From: a candidate division WWE3 bacterium
GTDB taxonomy: Bacteria > Patescibacteriota > WWE3 > UBA101185 > UBA10185
Assembly (NCBI GenBank): GCA_016182565.1
Contig: JACPGI010000004.1
Span: forward strand, 40,321-104,320
DNA: 64,000 bases
Direction: 5' to 3'
Numbering within the stretch: the first letter of the stretch is position 1; every line of letters starts with the position of its first letter. Under the pieces are notes generated by a model. It was not told where the DNA came from. It did not search any database and saw only the letters and a program-made list of their open reading frames with translations. Shown piece by piece: positions 56,027-64,000 of the stretch. Position numbers and translations under genes: made by a program.

Positions 56027-58459
56027 ATGGCACGATACAATCATGAAAAAATAGAAAGCACTTGGCAAGAGAAGTGGTTTAAAGATAATATCTACGAATC
56101 ACTGGACTTTTCCCCGAAGCCAAAAAAATACATTTTAGCCGAGCTTCCATACCCATCTGGTAAGTTTTTACACGTGGGGCACATGATGCGTTATACCGTT
56201 CCGGAGATTTACTCTAGATTTCTTCGTATGCAGGGTTATAACGTTCTTTTTCCTATGGGATGGGACTGTTTTGGATTACCAGCTGAAACTTATGCTCAAA
56301 AAGAAGGCATTACCCCGCAAGAAGCCATATCACAAGCTACAAAAGATTATAAAAAAGCAATGCAGGCCATGGGATATGCTATTGATTGGAATCGTGAAAT
56401 AAACACCTCAGACCCATCTTATTACAAATGGACTCAGTGGATGTTTAAAAAGCTTTGGGAAAAAGGCTATGCAGTACAAAGAGAGATGCCTGTTTGGTGG
56501 TGTAAAGAGCTAGGAGTGTTAGCTGACGAGGAAGTGCTTCCTTCTCATGACGGGAAAGGTAAAATCTCCGAACGAGGTAAATACCCTGTTGAGAAAAAGA
56601 TGTTTAAACAGTGGGTGTTGGATATTCCAAAAATGGCGGATAGGTTAATAGCTGACCTTGATAAAGTAAATTATGAGCAATCTGTAAAACAGGGGCAATT
56701 AAACTGGATTGGGCGAAAAGAAGGGGCACTTGTTGACTTTGAAATAAATGGGGAAAATTTTAGTGCGTTTACTACAAGGCCTGATACTTTATATGGCGTT
56801 TCATTTATTGCAATTGCACCAGAGCACCCTTTAGCCAATAAGTTAATTGAATTTTCTTTAAATAAAAAAGAGACACTAGATTACAAAGAAAAAGCAGCAA
56901 ACCTCTCTGATATGGAAAAACAAACCAAAGAAAAATCTGGTGTTAAACTGGAAGGAATTTATGCAAAGCATCCATTCCCTGATTTTTCACGGGAAATTCC
57001 AGTGTTTTTAGCAGACTATATTCTACTTGATTATGGAACAGGTGTTGTCATGGGGGTTCCGGCTCATGATGAGAGAGATAATGAGTTTGCTCTTAAATAC
57101 AGCTTAGAGATTATTCCAGTTGTTGAACCACTAGAAAAGGACTTGAAAACAAATTTGTATATAGAGGAAGGCGTGGCTATTAATTCAGGTAAATACAATG
57201 GCAGTTTTACTAAAGAATTTAAAAAACAGGTTGTTTTGGATCTAGAGGCCCTTGGTAAGGGTAGAAACGCAAAGATGTATAAGCTTCGCCCCCAAGTGTT
57301 TTCAAGACAAAGATATTGGGGAGAGCCGATTCCACTTATTTATACAAAAGATGGTCGAATCGAAGCGGTAAATGATAACCTTTTACCTATTACCTTACCT
57401 ATTATGCAAGACTTTTTGGCAGGAGAGGATGGTATTAGCCCCCTTGAAAAAAATACAAGGTGGAATACAACCGTAGATTCTAAAGGTAATGAGGCCAAAA
57501 GGGAGACCGATACTATGCCTACATGGGCAGGTTCTAATTGGTACTACATGCGTTATATCGATCCAAACAACGATATGGTTCCAGCCGATATGGAAAAACT
57601 TAAATATTGGATGCCAATTGATATGTATTTTGGTGATTCTGGCCATACTACAGCCCACCTTTTATATACCCGCTTTTGGTTTAAAGCTTTATTTGATGAG
57701 GGAGTTGTGCCTATTTCAGAGCCGGTAATGTATCGTATGAGTGGAGGTATGCTACTTGGTCCCGACGGATCAAAAATGTCTAAGTCCCGAGGCAATGTAA
57801 TAAACCCAAAGGATGTATTAGAAAGTTATGGTGCTGACGCAGTTCGAACTTACCTTGCATTTATTGGCCCATATGAAGACACTTATCCTTGGAATCCTAA
57901 TGGACTTATAGCTTGTGCCAGACTCGTGAAGTCAATCTATGAATCAAAAGATAAGATTAAAGTTCATTGCAAAACCACACATGAAACAAGCCAAAAATTA
58001 AATATTCTAGTTAAAAATGTTACAGATATGATGACAAAGCTTAAGATGAACACTTCAGTAAGCGAAATCATGAAGTTTAATAACCATCTAAAACAACTTA
58101 ATGAGATTTCGCTTGAAGATTTCAAGGTTTTTGTGAAAGTAATCTCCCCATTTATGCCCTTTGTAGCGGAAGAGTTATGGCAGGAAATTAATGGTTATAC
58201 AAAGTGGGATAAACAAAACAGTATTCATTTAAGTGCTTGGCCAACATACAACTTGGCACTGGCTACCAAAGAATTAATTGAACTTCCTGTTCAAATAAAT
58301 GGGAAATTACGTGGGACAATTACAATTTCAGATACTACAACTGAAGAAGAGGCAAAAAAACTTGCTCTTGAGCTTACAGGCGTAAAATCTATTTTAAATG
58401 GAAAAGAACCTAAAAAAATAATTTATCTTGCTGGTAGGGTTTTAAATATAGTTTTTTAA
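56027..58459 (+). CDS. leuS: Leucine--tRNA ligase
   Basis: PYPSG..LHVGH, FTTRPDT, MGVPAHDERD, SRQRYWG, KMSKS, VQINGKLR. Confidence 0.97.
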   Translation: MARYNHEKIESTWQEKWFKDNIYESLDFSPKPKKYILAELPYPSGKFLHVGHMMRYTVPEIYSRFLRMQGYNVLFPMGWDCFGLPAETYAQKEGITPQEAISQATKDYKKAMQAMGYAIDWNREINTSDPSYYKWTQWMFKKLWEKGYAVQREMPVWWCKELGVLADEEVLPSHDGKGKISERGKYPVEKKMFKQWVLDIPKMADRLIADLDKVNYEQSVKQGQLNWIGRKEGALVDFEINGENFSAFTTRPDTLYGVSFIAIAPEHPLANKLIEFSLNKKETLDYKEKAANLSDMEKQTKEKSGVKLEGIYAKHPFPDFSREIPVFLADYILLDYGTGVVMGVPAHDERDNEFALKYSLEIIPVVEPLEKDLKTNLYIEEGVAINSGKYNGSFTKEFKKQVVLDLEALGKGRNAKMYKLRPQVFSRQRYWGEPIPLIYTKDGRIEAVNDNLLPITLPIMQDFLAGEDGISPLEKNTRWNTTVDSKGNEAKRETDTMPTWAGSNWYYMRYIDPNNDMVPADMEKLKYWMPIDMYFGDSGHTTAHLLYTRFWFKALFDEGVVPISEPVMYRMSGGMLLGPDGSKMSKSRGNVINPKDVLESYGADAVRTYLAFIGPYEDTYPWNPNGLIACARLVKSIYESKDKIKVHCKTTHETSQKLNILVKNVTDMMTKLKMNTSVSEIMKFNNHLKQLNEISLEDFKVFVKVISPFMPFVAEELWQEINGYTKWDKQNSIHLSAWPTYNLALATKELIELPVQINGKLRGTITISDTTTEEEAKKLALELTGVKSILNGKEPKKIIYLAGRVLNIVF

Positions 58460-59562
58460 ATTCCGAACGCTTTTGCCATTAGTCTAGAGAGAAGATCAGT
58501 GTTTTGTTTTATAGTAAGCCTACCCCGAATTAATAAATCCAAAATAAATCCTGTGATGCTTGCAACTACAAGGGTGAGAAGTTTTAATCTTGGGAAAAAC
58601 AAGAACACTATTAATAGAACTGTGTTGTAAGTAATAAACCGAGTTAAACCCTCTTTTGATTCATAAAAAGCCATCTTTATGGAATCTTTAATTCTAACGT
58701 GCTTTAGTCTTACGAAAGTAGTTAATTTTTCCTCTTCTATAAGGTCCGAGTAATGGAGTTTTGCCATAGCTATAAGTTTTATGATCATCCTAAGTATTTC
58801 AAGTGAGACTGTTGCAATAATAATAGAAACAGTAATTTTTGTGGCATCACTTAAGTTGATACCTCGATACATCAAATTATAGGTTCCGATTTGAGCTTTG
58901 AGCTCATGATTTAGGTTATCCGGTAGAAAAAATAACTTTGAACTATCCATGGTTAAAAAGAACATAAATAGCACTACTTCAAGCCCATCTGTAAAACCCC
59001 TGTGAAATCTGGTAATAAAATTTATGATCCACTCTCTTTTCCAAATCCCGCTTGTTTTTTTTGGTCTATTTAAGATACCAACAAAAACTACAAGTATAAT
59101 GGTTAATAGAATTGTGATAATAGTTACATCGTAAGTTTTCCCAATGTTTTTATAAAAAGTTAACAGAATAATATAAATAATAAATGCTAAAACGTACGCA
59201 AATATTGGAGCCGCAAAGACTAGGAATTCTCGTACAAGTGCTTTAAATTTTTCCCAGAGCCTTTTTAGAAATTCAATAGCATCAAGTACTGTCAATGAAC
59301 CCTCTAAAAATATGTCTAAAACCTCTCCAACTTCCTTTTTCATGCCCATGACAACAAGAACTCCAAGGGTCAAGAAGGTGATTACTCCTGCAAAAAGAGT
59401 AATCCAGATGACATTTAGAACTACTGCGATTGCTGTAGGAAAAAGGATACCAAAGGACACAAAAAGGCCCATTAGGATTATGAAATTTGCAAGTATTTTG
59501 TATGTACGCTTTTTGAGTGTTCCGTCCTCGTCATTGCGCCATCTTTCTAAGAATGTTGGCAT
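58456..59562 (-). CDS. Multi-pass membrane protein of unknown function
   Basis: 368 aa with about 8 hydrophobic segments. Confidence 0.7.
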   Translation of the reverse strand: MPTFLERWRNDEDGTLKKRTYKILANFIILMGLFVSFGILFPTAIAVVLNVIWITLFAGVITFLTLGVLVVMGMKKEVGEVLDIFLEGSLTVLDAIEFLKRLWEKFKALVREFLVFAAPIFAYVLAFIIYIILLTFYKNIGKTYDVTIITILLTIILVVFVGILNRPKKTSGIWKREWIINFITRFHRGFTDGLEVVLFMFFLTMDSSKLFFLPDNLNHELKAQIGTYNLMYRGINLSDATKITVSIIIATVSLEILRMIIKLIAMAKLHYSDLIEEEKLTTFVRLKHVRIKDSIKMAFYESKEGLTRFITYNTVLLIVFLFFPRLKLLTLVVASITGFILDLLIRGRLTIKQNTDLLSRLMAKAFGI

Positions 59563-59610
59563 CGGTGTATTTTACCCCAAACTAAACCCAATTACAAACT
59601 ATAGGGTAGT

Positions 59611-60807
59611 TTATAAAGAGGGTAACCTTTCTAGTTTTAGAGAAAACTCTAGATTTTTTTCCTCGTCCCACCTGTAAACTTTTATTTCTATATTTTCCCC
59701 AACCTTTCTTTTATTCACTAAAGTAGCAAGGTTTTTCTCGCCAACCGCCTCACCTGCAAAATCTGTAATAATGTCACCAACCTTGATCCCTGCTTTACTT
59801 GCTGGAGAATCTTTTAAAACTTCACTAACATAAGCGCCAGATGGAACCTCATTTTTAAGTGCAGCTTTTTTTGAGATTGTTTGATATTTAATGCCGATGT
59901 ATGGTCTTTCAAATTGACCCGTTGAGTTAAAGTTTTCAAGCGAGTTTTTTAAAATATTTACAGGCAATGCAAAACCAATATTTTCAGCTCCCCTTGATAC
60001 AGCAACATTTATACCAATCACGTCCCCGTTCATATCAAGAAGTGGTCCCCCAGAATTGCCTGGGTTTATGGCAGCATCTGTTTGAATAACATTTTCTAGA
60101 TCTTCAGAAACCCCAAATCCGCTGTCAGCAGTAATTCCTCTAGCAAGACCTGAAATCACTCCGGTTGTAACTGTGTGTCTAAATTCTCCAAGCGCAGTGC
60201 CAATTGCTATAACCCTTTGGCCAACTCTTAGCTTATCTGAATCTCCAAGTTGAATTCCGGGTAAACTAAAATCTTTTACTTTTAGTATCGCAAAGTCATT
60301 TGCTGGATCTCGGTAGATCTCGATTACATCATATTCCTTGTCCTCACTATCTATTATTTTAAATTTAGCTGAAGCTTCAGCCACCACATGTTTGTTTGTG
60401 ACAACAAATCCCCCATCCACTACAAATCCCGAACCGATATCCTGCTTTATTTCTTGGAGTTCTTGGAGTTCTTTTTGACTATTTTGATCTTGGCTAAAGA
60501 AATTAAGTCCAAAAAAGTCATTTAAGAACGAAGGATTGGTGTTTGTTCTTTGAATAGTCCTTATCGCAACAGTTATAACTGATTTTGATGCTAGTTGAGA
60601 AATATCGGCGATGTCTTCATTTGTACCGTTTATTCTATTTAGTAGTTTAGTATCATTAGACTCCATTCTTTTATAGATATAATCAAGGGGTTTGATATAA
60701 AACAAGCGATCAGACAAAGCACCAAGTGCAAAAAATCCGAGAAGTAAAAAACAAAGTAAACTTGGTATTAGTACATATATAAATATTTTGTTTATTATGT
60801 TTCCCAT
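59611..60807 (-). CDS. htrA: HtrA/DegP-like serine protease with one PDZ domain
   Basis: TNKHV, DFA, QTDAAINPGNSGGPL, SPASKAG PDZ. Confidence 0.93.
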   Translation of the reverse strand: MGNIINKIFIYVLIPSLLCFLLLGFFALGALSDRLFYIKPLDYIYKRMESNDTKLLNRINGTNEDIADISQLASKSVITVAIRTIQRTNTNPSFLNDFFGLNFFSQDQNSQKELQELQEIKQDIGSGFVVDGGFVVTNKHVVAEASAKFKIIDSEDKEYDVIEIYRDPANDFAILKVKDFSLPGIQLGDSDKLRVGQRVIAIGTALGEFRHTVTTGVISGLARGITADSGFGVSEDLENVIQTDAAINPGNSGGPLLDMNGDVIGINVAVSRGAENIGFALPVNILKNSLENFNSTGQFERPYIGIKYQTISKKAALKNEVPSGAYVSEVLKDSPASKAGIKVGDIITDFAGEAVGEKNLATLVNKRKVGENIEIKVYRWDEEKNLEFSLKLERLPSL

Positions 60808-60866
60808 ATCTAAAATTATACAACCTTTTTTAACCTGAGTTTAATGTCTATAATAACTACACTGCC

Positions 60867-63410
60867 ATGAGTTTTTCAAAATACACACAATTATCTGTGC
60901 CGGATGTTCTAACTGATTTTTCAACTGCTATTGATACTGGGCTTACTCATACTGTTATAAAAAAACGCCAACTTGAGTATGGCTTAAACACAGTTAGTGG
61001 CAAAGAAACTACTTGGCTCCATATTTTAGGAAGACAATTTAGGTCAGCTTTTGTTTACCTTCTAATTTGTGCGTCACTTCTATCCTTTGGTCTTGGCGAG
61101 GCACTTGATGGATTTATGATTCTACTTTTTATTTCAATAAATACTGGGTTGGGATTTTATCAAGAATATGGGTCAGAAAAGACACTAAAGTTTCTCAAAA
61201 ATTATATGGTGTTAAGAGCTACAGTTATAAGAAATGGTAAGGAGGACGTAATTGATGCTAAGGAACTTGTACCCGGTGATGTAGTTGTACTAGAAACAGG
61301 TGACATAGTATCTGCTGATCTTAGAATCGTTCAAGAAAATAATTTATATGTAGATGAATCAACACTTACGGGCGAGTCAATTCAAATTAAGAAAATAGCT
61401 GAGGGGTTGAACGTGGAAGAGACCGAGCCATACAGAGCAAAAAATATTGTTTTTGCAGGTACCCATGTTGCAGAAGGTAAAGCATTTGGTGTTGTAATTG
61501 CTACAGGTAAAAATACCCAACTTGGGGAAATCACAAGACTTACTTTAGAAACTTCCGCACAAAGTGGTTTTGAAAAGCAAATCAACAAGTTTAGTAAATT
61601 TATATTGGTGATGACACTTGGGACTCTTGTTGCTGTGTTCTTGGCCCATCTTTTTATAGACGGCAATTTAAGCAATCTTCCAACACTTGCGCTTTTTGCG
61701 ATTGCTTTGGCTGTCGGTGTCATACCGGAGGCACTTCCCCTTGTCACAACCTTTTCTTTAACTCATGGCGCAAAGATTTTGGCCAAGAAAAAAGTAGTTG
61801 TAAAAAGACTTTCCGCAATAGAAGATCTTGGGGGAATCGATGTATTGTGTAGTGATAAGACCGGTACATTAACTCAAAATGTTTTAGAAGTAGCTAGTAT
61901 TAATGCTAGTTTTTCAGATGAGGCAGTTTTTTATGGACTTGTTGCCTCCGACTATTTAGGCAGTGATAAAACAGCAAATAATTCATTTGATCTTGCATTA
62001 CTCAAAAAAATTGCCCCACCCCAAAAAGATTCACTGACTAAACTTAAAAAGTTATTTGAGATTCCATTTAACCCAACCCGTAAAAGAAACTCGGTGTTAA
62101 TTGCAGAAGGTAATACAAAAACCTTGGTTGTAAGGGGCGCACAAGAAAGTGTTCTGCCATTTATTAAAAAGTCAAAAATTGCAGAAGAAACTGACTTTGA
62201 TAAAAAACTTATTACTTGGATTTTATCTGAGGGTCACAAAGGTAGAAGAGTTCTAGCAATTGCCAAAAAAACTGTTCAATTTGAGAAATATACAATTAAG
62301 GATGAAGAATCTGATCTTACTCTCATTGGTCTTATTTCCTTTGAAGATCCAATAAAACCAACTACAAAAGAGGCCGTCAAAAAAGCAGAGGCACTTGGAG
62401 TACATATGAAAATTATTACTGGGGATAGCGCTGAAGTGTCAGGAGCTGTTGCCTATTCAGTTGGTATCATCAACTCACCATCCAAAGTTTTAACCGGATA
62501 TCAGTTTGACCATATGTCCGCACGTGAACAGGCGAAAGCTGTAAAGGAATTTGATGTATTTGCAAGGCTATCCCCAGAACAAAAATACAAAATTATAAGT
62601 CAACTCCAAAAGGATTACAGTGTTGGGTATTTAGGTGAGGGTATAAATGACGCCCCAGCTTTAAAAATTTCTGATGTGGCAATTGTTGTAGATGATGCAT
62701 CCGATGTTGCAAGGGAGGCTGCTGATATTGTTCTTCTCGAGCAGGATCTAAAAGTAATCGTTGGTGGTATTGAAGAGGGACGCAAAACATTTGCAAACAC
62801 AACAAAATATATTAAGTCAACGCTAGCATCAAACTTTGGTAATTTTTATGCAGTTGCTTTCGCATCCCTACTTATAGATTATCTACCTATGCTTCCAATC
62901 CAGATTTTACTCGTAAACCTTCTTTCTGATTTTCCAATGATTGCAATTGCAACTGATAATGTAGACCTGGAGGATGTAGCAAGACCACATTCCTATGACA
63001 TTAGAGAAATTACACTTATTGCTCTCCTTCTTGGTATGGTAAGCACTTTGTTTGACTTTATTGTTTTTGGGTTATTCTATAAACAAGGGGCGCAGGTACT
63101 ACAAACCAATTGGTTTATAGCAAGTATTTTGACCGAACTTATTCTTATCTTTTCTATACGCACCAAAAGATTTTTCTTACACCCGTCATCTATGCCGTCA
63201 AAGATAATGGTATCCCTTACTTTTGTTGCTGGTATTGTCACCATCCTGTTACCAATGACTAGCATGGGCCAAAACATTTTTAAGTTTATAAATCCCGGAC
63301 TTTCGAATGTGTTTTTTCTACTTGGAATTGTAATTATGTATATATTTTGTAGTGAAGGAGTAAAGTTATATTATTATAAAATAAGTCGTAGTTTAATCTC
63401 TACCAAATGA
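60867..63410 (+). CDS. P-type cation ATPase, MgtA-like
   Basis: TGES, PEALP, DKTGTLT, TGD, GEGINDAPAL, SNFGN, FSIRT. Confidence 0.9.
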   Translation: MSFSKYTQLSVPDVLTDFSTAIDTGLTHTVIKKRQLEYGLNTVSGKETTWLHILGRQFRSAFVYLLICASLLSFGLGEALDGFMILLFISINTGLGFYQEYGSEKTLKFLKNYMVLRATVIRNGKEDVIDAKELVPGDVVVLETGDIVSADLRIVQENNLYVDESTLTGESIQIKKIAEGLNVEETEPYRAKNIVFAGTHVAEGKAFGVVIATGKNTQLGEITRLTLETSAQSGFEKQINKFSKFILVMTLGTLVAVFLAHLFIDGNLSNLPTLALFAIALAVGVIPEALPLVTTFSLTHGAKILAKKKVVVKRLSAIEDLGGIDVLCSDKTGTLTQNVLEVASINASFSDEAVFYGLVASDYLGSDKTANNSFDLALLKKIAPPQKDSLTKLKKLFEIPFNPTRKRNSVLIAEGNTKTLVVRGAQESVLPFIKKSKIAEETDFDKKLITWILSEGHKGRRVLAIAKKTVQFEKYTIKDEESDLTLIGLISFEDPIKPTTKEAVKKAEALGVHMKIITGDSAEVSGAVAYSVGIINSPSKVLTGYQFDHMSAREQAKAVKEFDVFARLSPEQKYKIISQLQKDYSVGYLGEGINDAPALKISDVAIVVDDASDVAREAADIVLLEQDLKVIVGGIEEGRKTFANTTKYIKSTLASNFGNFYAVAFASLLIDYLPMLPIQILLVNLLSDFPMIAIATDNVDLEDVARPHSYDIREITLIALLLGMVSTLFDFIVFGLFYKQGAQVLQTNWFIASILTELILIFSIRTKRFFLHPSSMPSKIMVSLTFVAGIVTILLPMTSMGQNIFKFINPGLSNVFFLLGIVIMYIFCSEGVKLYYYKISRSLISTK

Positions 63411-63463
63411 TTTATGGCTTAGAGATTAACGCAAGGGGTAAAAATAACTTGTCTTTAAATAAG

Positions 63464-64000
63464 ATGCTTGAAAAACCGTACTTAAAAAAACTAGAAAAGG
63501 TTGATGACTTTCAGGTTTATGAGGTCGATGGAAGATTTATTCGTGATAACATAAACAGAGAATTTACTAATTTTGGACAGCACTTTAGATTTCCATTTAT
63601 CCCAAAATATGAGTTTTGGATAGACAAAGAATATGATCCCGGTGAAGAGAGATTTTTTGTAGTTCATCTTTTGCGTGAGTGGCATCTTATGTCACTTGGC
63701 TCATCTTATGATGATGCTATTGGTAAAGCGGATTATATAGAAAAGAAAGAGCGAGCTAAATCTAACCTATTCAAAAAAGCTAAAACTGAAAAGGTGGAAA
63801 AACATCAAATTCCAAAGGAGATTTATGTCAAAAAACTCCTTGAGTACTCAAAAGGAATTGATGTTTGGGTAGTAAATGGAGAAGTTGTAAGAGATGTTTA
63901 TTTTATTGATTTTACCGAAGGTGGACATCATTTTATATATTCATGGGTGCCTCGAAATGAGGTTTGGATAGATGACGATTTGTCTGATGCAGAAAGGCCG
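63464..64000 (+). CDS. Partial hypothetical protein with an internally duplicated domain
   Basis: Open from ATG 63464 to the window end; VYEVDG..IR..FTNFGQH..IP..EFWID recurs as VWVVNG..VR..FTEGGHH..VP..EVWID; not in the ORF track. Confidence 0.75.
   Translation, partial: MLEKPYLKKLEKVDDFQVYEVDGRFIRDNINREFTNFGQHFRFPFIPKYEFWIDKEYDPGEERFFVVHLLREWHLMSLGSSYDDAIGKADYIEKKERAKSNLFKKAKTEKVEKHQIPKEIYVKKLLEYSKGIDVWVVNGEVVRDVYFIDFTEGGHHFIYSWVPRNEVWIDDDLSDAERP

Noticed and set aside
62632-62660. GEGIND instead of GDGxND in the P-type ATPase as a sign of inactivation
   Set aside because: Conservative change; DKTGT, TGES and TGD are intact
1828-63277. Many antisense ORFs in the track (e.g. 1828-2421, 12195-12509, 29535-30017, 48571-49563)
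   Set aside because: Shadow frames of well-supported genes on the opposite strand
1-64000. Alternative genetic code (UGA as Gly)
   Set aside because: Conserved genes translate full length under code 11 and some end in TGA

Overview
AT-rich chromosomal segment of a small-genome bacterium, most consistent with the Candidate Phyla Radiation (Patescibacteria; WWE3/Microgenomates-like). This placement is inferred from gene content and from domain-trimmed PheT, ThrS and trigger factor; the code appears to be standard code 11. Housekeeping genes (rsmD, recG, tyrS, a class A PBP, thrS-infC-rpmI-rplT-pheST, truB, tig-clpP, tgt, trxB, ccdA/dsbA, leuS, htrA, a P-type ATPase) and six CCA-encoding tRNAs are interleaved with cell-envelope enzymes and orphan genes. 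No CRISPR array, rRNA, transposase or integrase is visible. The most notable unexplained signal is a pair of divergently oriented, extensively base-paired non-coding RNA candidates between rsmD and recG (~941-1199 minus, ~1281-1645 plus). Other signals: two structured 5' leaders (one a possible pseudoknot) ahead of secreted enzymes; a split between apparently leaderless core genes and SD-led orphan mini-cassettes; a frameshifted HNH gene whose stop codon is a tRNA anticodon; tRNA-like repeats bordering accessory genes; a threonine-transaldolase-like SHMT; and a ferredoxin/heme-membrane protein/FNR operon. All calls come from motif recognition and hand base-pairing, with no database searches or folding software. 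Several CDS starts were moved from the ORF track to likelier starts.
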